Part shown: positions 1 through 12,507 of the stretch, one piece after another
How positions within the stretch are numbered: position 1 is the stretch's first letter
How the letters are laid out: each line of letters starts with the position of its first letter
NCBI GenBank assembly: GCA_010356995.1
Contig: ML996696.1
Location: 188,364-252,363 of the forward strand
Source: Trichodelitschia bisporula
Taxonomy: Eukaryota
Length of the DNA: 64,000 nucleotides
Reading direction: 5' to 3'
Position numbers and translations under genes: made by a program
Notes under the pieces: generated by a model
What the model was told of the DNA's origin: nothing
What the model saw: only the letters and a program-made list of their open reading frames with translations
Databases searched by the model: none

Positions 1-465
1 AGCCACTTGGGCAGCGCGGACGCGGCCTCGATGAGCAGGAACTCGCCGTCGGAGTCGTAGACGCGTGTCCATGTGGTTGGGAACTGCGTGCTCAAGGTGT
101 AGAGGAGGTACACGATGAGCCACTCGTCGGCAATAGAATCGCCGTAGTTCGTACGGCCGCGGAGGAGCCACGTATCTGCCGCAGTTAGCACAATCCACCC
201 AACATACGCACAGAGTAATACCATCCTCACGCTTCAACTCCAGCCCAAACCCCTCCCGCTGCCAGATATACTCCTTAAGCAACCTCCTCCCCATCTCCGC
301 CGCCGCCCGCTGCACCTCCCCCAACCTCGCACGCACCTGCCCATCCGCCATCCCCCCATCGCGCACAAAAACCGCATATTCAACCGTATCCTCCGGCAGC
401 CCGCGCGGGAACCCCTCAAACCCCTCGCCAGGCCACTTAAAACCGTCATCCACAGACTCGGTCAT
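1..465 (-). CDS. Ecdysoneless/SGT1 (Ecd) family protein, 5' part (runs off the window start)
   Basis: ATG at 465 gives MTESVDDGFKWPGEGFEGFPRGLPEDTVEY...YIWQREGF; intron 176-221; then LRGRTNYGDSIADEWLIVYLL...VYDSDGEFLLIEAA, the conserved Ecd N-terminal motifs. Confidence 0.88.
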   Translation of the reverse strand, partial: MTESVDDGFKWPGEGFEGFPRGLPEDTVEYAVFVRDGGMADGQVRARLGEVQRAAAEMGRRLLKEYIWQREGFGLELKREDGITLCVCWVDCANCGRYVAPPRPYELRRFYCRRVAHRVPPLHLEHAVPNHMDTRLRLRRRVPAHRGRVRAAQVA

Positions 466-948
466 GATGTTTGATTTTATATGTGGCGCGGGCCGCTCCG
501 CTCGTGGCGCATGCGCCCAGGGCCATGTGCAGCACGCACGGACCCACCGGAAACTTACAGCCGCCGCTGTCCGCGAAAACGCCCAGCTTGCCCAGCTACG
601 ACTTTTCCGGCGCCCTCGGACAAATCTCCGGTGCCCTCGGACAAGACCTCCGGATAGGCACGCGATAGTGCGCCTCAAGCACGCCAAGCACCCAATGGGC
701 TGATCCCATTCCAACTTCAGCAGGGGAGGTACAGGAATGAAGCTCCTCCATACGGTACCATGGAACCCCACCATGCAGACTCGCGCAGATGGTGTCATCC
801 CCGCGGCCTCCCGGGGGCGTCATCCGCGCATCACGCCTCGCAAACTCCACCATCGGCCTCCCTCGCCTCCATCCACACTCGGCCTCTATCACCTGAACTT
901 CACTGAATTTCCCTACACCCTCTACGAGTACCTACCTCGTAACCTACC

Positions 949-1819
949 ATGGCCACAATCGGCATAATCGGCGGCACGCGGGGCCTCGGCCGCGCTCTTG
1001 TCGACGAATACACCCGCCGCGCCGGGCACAGCGTCTACGCAACCGCACGGTACACGCCGCCCCTCGGCACTCCCCCCGCCGGGCTGCACTGGATCGGCGA
1101 CGTGGACATCGCGCATGCCGACGCGGCGACCAAAATCTCCGTTCGGTATGGAGAAGCCGGGCCCCTGGACGTGCTCATCATCTCAGCGGGCTACTTCGGC
1201 AAAGAAGAATTCGGACACCTGGACTGGGAAGCCGAGATGCGGATGTATGCGACCAGCGCCGTAGGCCCGGCTTTCTTGGTGCAGAACCTCGTGAAGAGGA
1301 AGATGTTGGGCAAGGGGTCGAAGGTGGTGCTGATTACGAGTGAGAGTGGGAGTATCGGGTTGAGGCATGAGAGTGAGGGGGGGGGGAATTATGGGCATCA
1401 TGCGAGTAAGGCGGCGGAGAACATGGTGGGGAAGCTTTTGAGTTTGGATTTGAAGAAATTGGGGATTGCGGTTGCGATGGTGCATCCCGGGTTTATGCGG
1501 ACGGAGATGACGCGCGGGGTTGGGTTTGATAAGTATTGGGATCAGGGGGGAGGTAAGGCGAACTGCACACGCTTGGAGGGAGAAGATGCTAATGGCTTTG
1601 ATAGCTGTCGAGCCGGCCGTGGCGGCGAAATCCCTCGTCGACTGGATTGACACGTTTGATATCTCGAAGACGGGCGAGTTCTGGGCGCCTCGCGGAGCAG
1701 CGTACGTTCAGCCTTGCCGATCTCCGATCTTGCTAACATCGGTTAGGGACATTGGAACTGCCGAACACGTTCTCGGCCCGAAGGATAAGCTGCCGGTCCC
1801 GCTACAGCTTCCGTGGTAG
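949..1819 (+). CDS. Short-chain dehydrogenase/reductase (C-signal/CsgA-like)
   Basis: GGTRGLG Rossmann motif; catalytic segment reads YGHHASKAA (H at the usual Tyr position of YxxxK); HPGFMRTEM; introns 1553-1604 and 1702-1746; ends LQLPW*. Confidence 0.9.
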
Positions 1820-2347
1820 ACCGCAGCGATGATTCCGTTTCGATAGCCTCTGATGGGAGCAAAGGCCCGTTTACGCGCTAAGGCAACTGTAGCCCTTAAG
1901 ATGGAAGTAAAGACGAAGAGAGGACGAGAGGCATAGACTCTCGAGATTAAATACTTAATGCCAACTTTCCTCCATCTCTCCTTCCTTCTATCATGCGCTT
2001 CTTACATCATGTCTCCTGGCATGCTCCTTCCTGACATACAATGCTGCTTCCATGTTTTCATCAGCCTCTCCTACGTATCCAAGGTCCTGAGTTCACGCCG
2101 TTCCTATGTACGACTTTTACGTCCTTGGCCACAGTAAGACCGACACGCCGAACAGCGCGCCAAACCAGGCCATGTTTGATCTCCGCCCGCCCTATGAACC
2201 ATCCCAAGCATCTCTTACTGTAGCCTCCCCGATATCACCGTATCCCCAAAAGCCCTTAATATCGCGCAAATCCCCGTCCCCTCCCACCGCGTATCGGCCC
2301 ACCACAGACCCCCACCAACAATCCCACCCACCGAACACAACATGACG

Positions 2348-2447
2348 NNNNNNNNNNNNNNNNNNNNNNNNNNNNNNNNNNNNNNNNNNNNNNNNNNNNN
2401 NNNNNNNNNNNNNNNNNNNNNNNNNNNNNNNNNNNNNNNNNNNNNNN
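2348..2447. other. Assembly gap (100 N)
   Basis: Run of N; true length unknown. Confidence 0.99.
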
Positions 2448-3112
2448 CCGCCATCACCCCGCTTCCCATCGCGATACCCTCGTCCCCCCACCAACCCAGC
2501 CAATGACGCGCAGGAAACCGGAACCTCACCTGTCCAATCCAAACCCAAGCTAGCCAATTCAGGCTAGTCGGTTCGGAGTCAGGCCGATTGACAGGAAATA
2601 GCAGGATACTATTGGTTGACCAGCGACGCGCTAGTGCGCGCTTCACGCGCCGCGACGCGTTAGGTTAATTGATTGCGGTCGGACTGGAATGGGCGCGTTT
2701 GGTGAGGGGCCGGGTGTGAGCTGGAAATAGAGGCGGGGCGGGGTGGTCGCGAAATCAGGTGTGCACTATCACAACGATGCTGGTGCTGTACGGATGTAGA
2801 ACGGTCGGTTATACGCATCAGAGCTATTCGGTAGGTAGAACGCTTGAATTACAGACACAGCGCTATCGGGGACTATCCAATGCTCCTCCCGCGTAGAAAG
2901 GCGCCACCGTATTCCCATTCCAATGCCAAAGCCAAAGAAAATAATGCGTGCGCCGCATCGTAGCGTAGAGTACATGGCCTGTAGGCCAGTCCGGCCCAAA
3001 GAAGCCCGGGTATTGAAGCTTCAATCACACCCGCTCAACTCCCAATCCATCCCATCCAAGAATCCACGCTCCCCGAACTCCTCTCCCAGAACCAATCCAA
3101 ACCTACTCCCCC

Positions 3113-4291
3113 TCAAACCTCCCCCCCAAGCCGCCCCCCCAGTTCCATCCCCAACCCCTTCACCCCATTCCCCCCACCACCCCCACCAGGAGTCCCAAAC
3201 TCAAACTCCAACCTCCTCCTCCCTTCCCCCGCCCTCTGCACCGGCGTCCTGACCGCCATCCCCGGCGTCCTCCACGCCGCCTGCGCCGGGCTAGGAGTAA
3301 CGTTCAAATAATCCGCAAAACTGAATCCTCCCCCGGGAGTGCCCCCGAAGCCAGGCGTCCCCATGACGCTACTAGGCAGCGGCGGCGTGGACGGGGGCTG
3401 CATCCCGCTCCCGTTTCCCCGCTCGGCGCGCGGCTGCGCGGGCGAGGGGGATGCGGCGAGGAAGAGGAGCAAATCGGCCGCTGGGTCCGGCGCCGCTCGT
3501 TCCCGATCACGGGGCGGGTTGGTAAATGGCCTAGAGCGCAGGCGTGCACTCCGCGCGAGGCCAGGCGGTGGCGTGCGCGGCGCGCGAGGGGGGGAGGACC
3601 GGGGCTGGGACCGGGGCTGGGCGCGCGAGCGGCGCGGACTAGGCGCCAGAGTCGGGAGGTCTGAGTCGTCGTCCTCTGAGAGAAGCGGGGGCGGGGGTGG
3701 AGAAGCGGTTATAAAGGCGAGCGTGGGAGTCGGCATGCCGGTGCTCGGGCCGCGGCGAGCATAGCCGGGCGACGAGGCTGGGAGCGCATGTGCGGATTTC
3801 CAATTCGGCGGGGCGCGGACCTTGACGCGTGCGTGGGAGCTACTTGCGGGATAGTGCGTGGTGCGGGGGCGCTTTGGCCGACTGAGGCCGGTGGGCGGGT
3901 TGAGCGGGGAGGAGAAGAGGGGGGGTGGGAGGGGGGAGGAGTCGATTGCTGTGGGGGGGAGGAAGCGATCTGAGAGACTGGAGGAGGTATCGGACAGGAC
4001 ATCGTGGGCGGAGGGGGAGGGGGCGCGGCGCTTGCGGCGGAGTTCGAGGTCGAGTTTTGGTTCGAGGGTTTCGAGGGAGAGGTTTTCCCAGCCGTGTTTG
4101 ATTTTGACGTTGGCGAGGGCGAGGCGGTTTTGGAGGGCGCGGGTCATCTGCGGATGGGTGGGTTAGTGGCTGTGATGCCTGAGGGGTTGGGAGGAGGTGG
4201 AGGTAGAGAGGTGTACCTTTGAGACTTGGGCGCGGCGGAGCACCTTGCTCGCGACGACTTCGGGCTGTGGCTCCGAGAGCTCGGTGGCCAT
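3113..4291 (-). CDS. Whi5/Nrm1-like G1/S transcriptional repressor domain protein
   Basis: Exon 1 MATELSEPQPEVVASKVLRRAQVSK; intron 4148-4216; exon 2 MTRALQNRLALANVKIKHGWENLSL resembles the Whi5/GTB motif; long disordered tail with many S/T-P CDK-type sites and an ADLLLFLAASPSP motif. Confidence 0.7.
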
Positions 4292-4839
4292 TGTGGGCGG
4301 TTGCGGGGTGAAAGGAAGTATGTGGATATGGAAAGCGGGTAAATAGGCGCTAAAGGAGAGAGAGACGGTACGGTGGTGCTGGTGTTGGTGTGAAGTCAAA
4401 GCGACAAGAGAAGGAGGAAGAAGAGAAGTGAAAGAGTGGGGAGATTGAGAGAAGAGTTGAGAGAGGTGAGACAGGAAGCAAGGCGGAAGGCAAGCAGAAC
4501 GATTCGACCCGCCGGGCCAACCCAGGCACTCTCTTCACTCTCTTGTCTTTTCCGACCAGTTCCAAGAAAGCAAGGTCAAGAGAGGCCAGGGCTGTTGGCG
4601 AGTCGGCACGGCCGTGGGGCGCAAGGGCTAAGGAAATGCGGAATGAGAGGCGAGGGAGAGGCGCTTGAGGTAGGGGGCTGGGATTGGAGGGATGGAAGGA
4701 GATGGTGAATGGACGGGGAGAGGTGGGCGGACAATGAGGACGTTTACTTGTCGCGATATATCACAGGGGATATAAGAGCGAGCAGAGAAGAGATGGGCGA
4801 GACGAGAAGAGAAGTGAAGAAAGGTGAAGAGAGCAGAGT

Positions 4840-4910
4840 TGAGAGAGGAGAGTTGAGAGAGGAGAGAGGAGAGAGGAGAGAGGAGAGAGGAGAGAGGAGA
4901 GAGAGAGAAA
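4840..4910 (+). repeat. (GGAGAGA)n purine microsatellite
   Basis: About 6-8 partly degenerate heptamer copies upstream of the Whi5-like gene. Confidence 0.85.
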
Positions 4911-5594
4911 GAGAGTCAGGAAGGCTTGGGGCGGAAAACGGCGAGAAACTGGGGCATCAGAAGCGACAGGTAAGGCGACGGGCAAAAGCTTCAGGTAAAA
5001 GCGACGGGTCAATTCGCCCGATTGTGTTTGCTCTCTTCTCTCTTCTATCGTATCTTCTGCTCTCTTTCTGCGGCTCTTCGCTTCTCTCTCTCCTCCACTC
5101 TTCTTCCTCATCTCCCGCCAATCCCCCTCCTCCCTTGCCGTACTCCCGCCGGGCTATCCAGCTCCGACCCTAAAAGCGTCCCGTATCTCCAACAACCCAA
5201 CGGCTTCACTGACTCTCTGGATCGGAGCTAGTAGCCATGGTAACGAATGACGTGCGGGAATAGAGCCCGCTTTGGATCACTCAAAGCCTTTTTCCGTACT
5301 TTCTGATCTTGTACTAGTACACAAACCCGTCTCCCGGGGCAACGGAAAGCTTCGGACTCGTCCCTTTTTTCACTTCGTTCTACCTGTTCCTATGTACTCG
5401 GGATATTCAACAGCAAATGCAAAGCTCGCTACATCCAACACCTGCCCATCCGTCCCGTCCGTCGTGCCATATGTCGTGAATCTGCATGCCCTCGCCGTCC
5501 ATTGCTCCCCGAGAAGTGGCCATTATCCCCGCCGTACATCCCCCAAACCAGATACAAGAAACGCTCCCATCACTCATATCTCCTCCCCCGCTGC

Positions 5595-6284
5595 TCACGT
5601 GTACTCTCCCCGCGCCACCTGTGACCCCATGACAATCATCCAGACGAAGAAGATGCATCCGATGATCCAGAACGAAAACGCCGCATACCAGCTTGAGCCT
5701 GGCAGAGCATTAGCCTCTCCCCTCGTCAAAGCGCAGAAAAGTAAGAACTCACATATGCTGTCCTGCTCCAGCCACGCCAGCGTCTGCACGTTCTGGCCCG
5801 AAACCGGATTGTTGTTGACGTACGTTTGGCAGTTGCTCGACACGTTGCCCTCGCCAAACAGCTGGATAGCCGTCTCGATCGTGCCTGCTAAAAAGAGTAC
5901 CAAGAAGATGAAGGAAAATAACATCATGAAGGCTGGCAGTAGGCGTCGTTGCGATACGAGAATGAGCTGAATGATGACGAAGATGACTACGAGCGAGCCG
6001 ACGGTGATGGCGTAGGGGAAGAGCCTACAATCCGGTCAGTGCTGGTCTCTTTTGCTTTCATCTTCTCTCGTCGCATCTCATCTCGACGCAGAAGGGAAGT
6101 GGAGTGTCGCATACCATGGTATTCCCAATCGCAGCCTCTGCTGATCATTCACAAACGACGCAAAAACCCCCAAAACCGTGCATCCCGCAACAAGCACGAT
6201 AATCGTCCAAATGTTGAGCTGCACCTCAGGCCACACATAGCGCTGCGTGTACACAGGTCGCGAAGACACGACGGAGCGCGACAT
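5595..6284 (-). CDS. Small four-TM (MARVEL-like) membrane protein
   Basis: Three exons (~6284-6116, ~6026-5759, ~5697-5595) with hydrophobic helices IWTIIVLVAGCTVLGVFA, MMLFSFIFLVLFLAG and WYAAFSFWIIGCIFFVWMIVM. Confidence 0.8.
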
Positions 6285-6978
6285 TGTGATAGATCAGTGC
6301 TTGGTAACAGGCGGGGCGTTCAGCGCGATAGCCGTTGCGTACTGATCGTCCGTCGCAAGCGCGCAGTCAGAATAACAGTTCGTCGCAACCGGAGCTTCTC
6401 TGCTCTTTTCTCCTCCAGCAATGCTCCTCTTCTCCTTCTGAGTGTTGCACAAATCCGCGTAGGCCCACGAAGCGAATACCCTCGTCAGCGACGGCGCGTG
6501 GTTGGTCGAGCGTACCGTGAACGGGTGGGCAGCTCGCTGTCTCGCTGTCTCGCGCGGGGAGAAGCAGCAGTGCAACGTAGAGACGGCGTTGGGTAGACGA
6601 GACGGGAGGAAGGGTGGAGATGTCCAGAGGGCGCGAATGGAGTAGGGATGAGATAGGATCGTGATGAAGAAGTTGGAGTTGGTTGCGAACGAAGGTAAGG
6701 CTCGTCCCCCTGTGACGTTAGTGCCCTCTTTTCCCAGCTCCGACGAAGCGCGGTGTGTGGCTGGGCGGGACAGCGCGGTGGCTGGACCGCTAAACTGCCA
6801 ACTTTTGCGCTTCCGAACCCGGTCTCGGCATCGGGATCTCACCCATCGCCCCGCCAACGGATGGGAAAAACCACGCACATCACGGCAATCCCATCGATTT
6901 ACTCGTCAGGAACATGTCCATTTCCATGGCAATCAGACATTAGCATAACCTTCCTTCCCCTGCCAAAAATCTCCATCA

Positions 6979-8088
6979 TTATCCCCCCGGATCCCCCCGC
7001 CCAGTCCACTCCCTCCCCCCAACCCCACCACCCCGCCCCCCAATATCAAGCTCGCTCATCCGGCGCAACGGCGGCAAGCGCTCCCTCCCTACACCAGAGT
7101 CTCTGCGATTCAACGATGGAAAACCTTCCCTCCCCCCAGAATCCCTTCTCTCCAACGACGGCAGACGCTCCCTCCCCCCAGACTCCCTCCGATCCCACAC
7201 CCTCTCCAACTCCCTTAACCCCTCACTCCCCCTCCGATCCCACTCCCCACCTATCCCTTCACTCGCCCTCCTCTCCAACAGCCGCGCACTCGATTCCCTC
7301 TCCGCCCACATCCCCCGCTCCTCTCTCTCCATCCCCAATCCCCGCAGCGCACTCGCCCGGAGGTACTTCTCGAACCCGTCCATCTCCCCCGCACCCCGGT
7401 TGCGGCCTCTCATCGGCGGCGGCGGCCCACTCGCGCGCCCCGCCCGGTCCACGACGTATTGCCGCCGGTTGTGTGTGTTTTTCTGCCGTCTTGCGATGAG
7501 GAAGAGGGTTATAGCGATGGCGACGCCGAGGACGCCGAGCCCGCCGATTATGCCGACTGTGCCGAAGGCGATGCGTTGCTCGGAGGCGGGGAGCGGGTCG
7601 GATTTGGGAAGTGCGGAAGGAGATGGGATGAGTGAGGCGGGTGGGGAGGAGGCGTGGATGGTGGGGATGAGGGTGGGGACGCTTGGTGTGGGGGAGGAGA
7701 GTGCCGCGGCGGTGGTGGATAGGGGAAGGTAGGCTGTTGATGGCGTGGCTGTCGGGGGGGCGAGGGGGGTTGTGGTCCGGGTTGCTGATGTTGAGAGGAG
7801 GGAGTGGAAGAGCGGTTGGGCGGGCGAGAGGTTGAAGGGGCTTAGCGAGACGGAGGTGCTGAGTGGTGTGCTGGAAGGTGTTGGACTTCGATTCGATGTC
7901 GTCGTCAGGGTGAGGGGTATCTCGCTCGTGCAGTCGCTGCAGTCGTTTGGGAGAGCTGCTCGCCTGAGCACCGCAGCCGAAGCCAACGATGCGCCGCCGA
8001 GCTCCTTGACCGACGCCGCTGTCAACCACACGCCGCTCACCAGCGGTACGAAGCCATGCAGGCCGACGCGGACGCCGCGGCCCCTCAT
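6979..8088 (-). CDS. Hypothetical single-pass membrane protein with S/T/P-rich ectodomain
   Basis: 369-aa ORF; S/T/P-rich region, TM IAFGTVGIIGGLGVLGVAIAITLFLIA followed by RRQK, cytosolic degenerate RRxSxG repeats; true start and 5' intron uncertain. Confidence 0.65.
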   Translation of the reverse strand: MRGRGVRVGLHGFVPLVSGVWLTAASVKELGGASLASAAVLRRAALPNDCSDCTSEIPLTLTTTSNRSPTPSSTPLSTSVSLSPFNLSPAQPLFHSLLSTSATRTTTPLAPPTATPSTAYLPLSTTAAALSSPTPSVPTLIPTIHASSPPASLIPSPSALPKSDPLPASEQRIAFGTVGIIGGLGVLGVAIAITLFLIARRQKNTHNRRQYVVDRAGRASGPPPPMRGRNRGAGEMDGFEKYLRASALRGLGMEREERGMWAERESSARLLERRASEGIGGEWDRRGSEGLRELERVWDRRESGGRERLPSLERRDSGGREGFPSLNRRDSGVGRERLPPLRRMSELDIGGRGGGVGGREWTGRGDPGG

Positions 8089-8404
8089 CTCGGGCGATGA
8101 GTATCAAAACTCAAAGGTCGAATATCGAGGTTGATGACCAAAAGGTAAGGCCGTATAAGATGTTTCGCAGACTATCAGCGCCCACCAGCCATGAACGGGA
8201 GATATTGATGAAGAGAGCAAAGGATCAGCGGAGGAACGAACGATGGTCATAGAGTGAGGGCGCACCCGCAATGGGGAACGCCCACCCACAAATATGCCGC
8301 TGACGGCTGGTGCAACGCATAACGCCGAAGGTAATGCCACTCGTAGAGGTCTAACGGCACTGGTCTCAACTGGGGGATGGCCTTGTTGGGGTCCGTGCGG
8401 GACC

Positions 8405-9396
8405 CTAAACGGACTGCAGAGTTGACGATAGTGGGACGGATGTGGGTAAGTAGGCTGTGAGCGTCAGTGTGGTTCCAGTAGCACCAAAGTTCCCCGGAGT
8501 TATCGTGCTGCTATTCAGCAGCAAGCATAACATCACTCTAGCCTCGCATATCCCCTCCAAAGCCGTGGCATGAACGCAAAGCCGGCCCCTCACCAAGCCC
8601 ACACCTCCCCCCACCACCAGTGAGCCACAACAATCCAAAGTGCTAAACGTCAGAACCAGCGCTCGTGGCGTGGAACACAGGCGCCCAAGAAACGATCCCG
8701 CTGCGCCCACCACGGCCGAAAGCGTCGCGGAAGGCGACGCTCCACGACCCTCCGGCGAAAGGCGTCGATTCCAACGGTTGAAACTCGGTTTCCGTAGAAG
8801 TCTCGAGCTTCTGGAATCGAGGGGCCGCCGCACGTTTTGACAAATATCCCCGAGCCTGGGGAGCGCAGCGAGGGGTTCAGCGGTCGCGTGGACTGGGAGT
8901 GGCAGTGACAATGACTTGAACCGCTCGCGTATCGCGGCTCGGATGGTATCCGGACTGCTAGGGTTGCGGGGGGAGGTGGAGGGGTTGCTTAGTTCAGCCT
9001 GGTATTAACAGCGCACACCCTGTCGACCTTGCCTGGTGCCTAAGGCTGGACGAAGCCCTATAACGATCGCGCGGTATAGCGGCTGCTGGGCGTCGCAGGG
9101 AGAGATCGCCGACTCGCGGCGAGCACGTCGCGCGGAGCGAAGGAGCGAAGGTGAGGAACGCCGCGGGGGCCGTTGCCGAAACCTCGATCCTAGCCTATAG
9201 TACCAGAAAGATGGTGAGGAGGGTGGGGGTTGAGAGGCCGTTTCGTCGGTGAGGTTGGAGGGCTGAAACGGTGCTGAGGCAGGTGGGCTGGGAGGCGGAT
9301 CGAGATGTCTGGCTAGGTACTTCGAGCCAGATTCGGGTGGGGTTGTACGCAGCGCTACTTTCGTGGACTTTGCTCGTCCTTTGATATAGTCCTTCA
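8405..9396 (-). CDS. Possible orphan two-exon gene (hypothetical)
   Basis: ORF from MKDYIKGRAK (ATG ~9396) plus a long downstream frame QPLHLPRNPSSPDTIRAAIRERFKSLSLP...LLRKPSF after a putative acceptor near 8990; no family recognised. Confidence 0.3.
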
Positions 9397-9963
9397 TATA
9401 GGTATAGGCCTCGATATAGGTGCAGCTCATCACCACCCTCTCCGTTCGGAATGTGCAATTTGCGCCCGCATCGGCCGTGGACGCATTCCAGCCATCGCGC
9501 AGCCCATCCGTGTAACCAAGCTACCACCTCAAACCCACCCCGTAGGGCAACACAGGATTCACATCCCACGAGCGATCAATCCTCCGAACCTCACCCTCCA
9601 ATCCCATCCAGCAAGGTGAGCAACAAACTGTCACGAACCGCGAACCTTGAAACAAGTGAAGAGCCGCAGCCCTCGCCCGTCGCAATGGGTTAGGTCTCGT
9701 GGTCCACGTTACCTGTGATGGAATGAAGCCGGTAGGGTCGGATACTTCCGTGGATGAGCATTGAAACGGTTTGGAGACCACGGCGATGGTGCTCGACGAA
9801 CCGCGACGTCGTGTCCCGCACCGCCACCCCCAGCCGCAGCCCCACGCCCACGCTGCCCGCCCCATAGCGCCCCGCGCCGGGCCTCCCGCGGGGTAAACCC
9901 GTCTCAGGGTCCGCCTCGCACCCCATCATCAACCCACAACCATCCCCAACCCCCACCAGCACA

Positions 9964-10997
9964 ATGAGAACCCCATGGACGCGCCTAATCCGCTTCAAAG
10001 CGCGCGACGGCCGCACGCTCTACGGCGAGCCCATCCTCGACTCGCCCGACTTCGATCTGGGGAAGACAAACTCGTCTTCAGGCCTGAAAGCTCGCGTTCT
10101 CGAGGGTCCGGATCCGTTCACCGCGGCGCCGGGCGATGAGGTCGCTGAGGTGGAGGCACTGCTTGGCCCGCTAGCGCGCACTGATGTGCCGGTTTTGCGG
10201 TGTATTGGGTTGAACTATGCGAAGCACAGTGAGCCTAGCCCTTCTGTGTAGAACATACTGTGGTAGATGGCCCCGCTGACGCAGACCGCAGTCCGCGAGG
10301 CCGGCCGCAAGCCCCCACCGTATCCGTCGCTGTTCTTTAAGCCCAGCACTGCCCTCAACGATCACGGTGCGCCGGTTGTGATCCCGAAGATTGCGCAGGA
10401 TGACCAGGCGGACTATGAGGGCGAGTTGGTAAGCGGGCGTCCGCAGGATGGGAAAGTGACTGACGCTGTAGTGCATTGTGATTGGCCGCGACGCGAAGAA
10501 CGTATCTGAAGCCGAGGCGTTGAATTACGTCGCCGGATACACGTGCGGCAACGACGTGTCGGCGCGGAAGTTGCAGCGCGATCCGGCGCTCGCGGGCGGC
10601 GTGCCGCAGTGGGGGTTTTCAAAGGGGTTTGATACATATGCGCCGGTCGGGCCGTGTGTGGTCTCCGCTGAGCTTATTGGGGATCCGAGTAAGTTGCGGA
10701 TGGTGACGAAGGTGGATGGGGAGGTGAGGCAGGATACGGAGATTAATGATTTGATCTTTAACTGTGCGTATCTCATCAGCTATTTGAGTCAGGGGACTAC
10801 GCTGGCTAAGGGGACGATTATCATGACTGGGACGCCAGGAGGTGAGTTTGCTGCGCTGATCGGGTGGTTTTTGTGCTAATTGTTTAGGTGTCGGGTTCGG
10901 TATGTCTCCGCCGCAGTTCTTGAAGCCGGGGAATGTGGTTGAGGTGAGCATCACGGGGATTGGGACTCTGCGGAACCCCATCGAGTTCGAGTCTTGA
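9964..10997 (+). CDS. Fumarylacetoacetate hydrolase (FAH) family protein, probable fumaryl/maleylpyruvate hydrolase
   Basis: CIGLNYAKH, LFFKPSTA, DYEGEL, YTCGNDVSAR, KGFDTYAPVGP and IMTGTPGG motifs; introns ~10229-10291, 10429-10471, 10842-10887. Confidence 0.93.
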
Positions 10998-11461
10998 ATG
11001 GCATGGGGAAGATGAGTCTCAAAAAAAGTCAGACGTAGAAGCACTCTTTGGCTAGTTTAGGGTAGAGCGGAGTCGTCTGGTTAAAAACTACCCGGCATGT
11101 ATATCGGCTAAGAAAGTTCGGCCCTTTTGGCGATCTCAGCCTTGCGAGCAGCCTCGTGCCATGTGCTTAATCCAACAACCTGCTAACCGCGAAAACTCAT
11201 GCAATATGGATTCCCTTCCGTGCTTCCCAACCGTGCAAACCGGGCCGTAATCAGGCCTACCAGAAGTGATACATGCCGAATCAGCCGCACCCTTCCCCGC
11301 ACCCCGCACCCCGCCCGAAGTCCGTGACCGCCCATCGGCAGCAGGTACGACCCGCCACTCCCTCCTATCCAACCGTGGCATATAAGCGCAAACGCGCCCC
11401 TCCAAGGCCCCAAATCTTCCATCTTACAGCACCTCAGCGCTAGCTTTACCTACCATCCACC

Positions 11462-12507
11462 ATGGCCGACTCCCAAGAAAAGCTCCTCGCCGAGCTCCCT
11501 CCCGACACTCTCCCCCTGTGGAAGCAAATGACGCGCCTAAACCCTCCCCTCCCCGCCCCAACCTGCGTCCCCCACATCTGGCACATGCGCAAACTCCTCC
11601 CCCTCCTCCAGCGCGCCGGGCATCTCGTCAGCGAAGCTGAAGCCGAGCGACGGGTCCTAATGCTCATCAACCCGGGCCGCAGTGCGTGGCTCCCCTTCCT
11701 CACCCTCCACCAGCTAATCTCCGCAGACGACGCGCCCTACACCACGGACACGCTATACGCAGGCTTACAACTCGTCATGCCGCACGAGACCGCGCCGGCG
11801 CACAGGCACGTTGCGTTCGCGATGCGCTTCGTGATCTCCGGGACGGGGGGATTTACGGCAGTCGACGGGCAGCGCGTGCGCATGGCGCGGGGAGATGTGA
11901 TTCTTACGCCGCAGTGGGCGTGGCATGACCATGGGAATGAGGGCCCGGATCCGGTGATTTGGTTGGATGCGCTGAATTTGCCGCTGTTTCAGGCGTTGCC
12001 GGTGCATTTTGTTGAGCATTATAAGGAGCCGAGGTATCCGGCGAAGGATGTTGATAAGGGCGAGTCTCCTATTGTGTTTCCCTGGGCGGAAGTGCAAGCG
12101 GTCTTGGATGCAAAGGCGCAGGCCGGCGATACAAAAGCAGAGCATCGATATCGGCTTGCCGATGGCGCTGAATGTGGGTGGGTCGCGTTTCGAGGCGGGC
12201 TGGGCTGACGTTGGCAGTGAGCACCACAATCGGCGCTGGGGCCGTGAGAGTGGCGCCTGGACAATGGATCCAGGGAAGTGGAAGCACGGCATCGGGGGTA
12301 TACCACGTCGTCTCTGGAAGCGGACGCTTAGAGCTTCGGGAGCGGGTAAAATTGGAGTTCGCGGAAGGTGACACATTTTGCGTGCCCGCGTGGCAGGACT
12401 TCATCCTCGGGGCGGGTGAGGAGCCGGTGTATCTCTACTACTTTGACGATATTCCTCTGCTCAGGGTGCTGGGGTTTTACCGGGAGAGGACGGATGAGGA
12501 TGGATGA
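11462..12507 (+). CDS. Gentisate 1,2-dioxygenase (bicupin)
   Basis: AERRVLMLINPG, TTDTLYAGLQLVMPHETAPAHRH, WAWHDHGN and IWLDALNLP motifs; introns 11682-11726 and 12174-12217. Confidence 0.92.

Noticed and set aside
608..655. Two or three copies of a ~21-bp GCCCTCGGACAA repeat
   Set aside because: Short degenerate promoter duplication with no spacers; not CRISPR-like, and the sequence is eukaryotic.
11117..11140. TTCGGCCCTTTTGGC resembling the U2 snRNA 5' stem
   Set aside because: Lacks the GTGTAGTA branch-recognition sequence.
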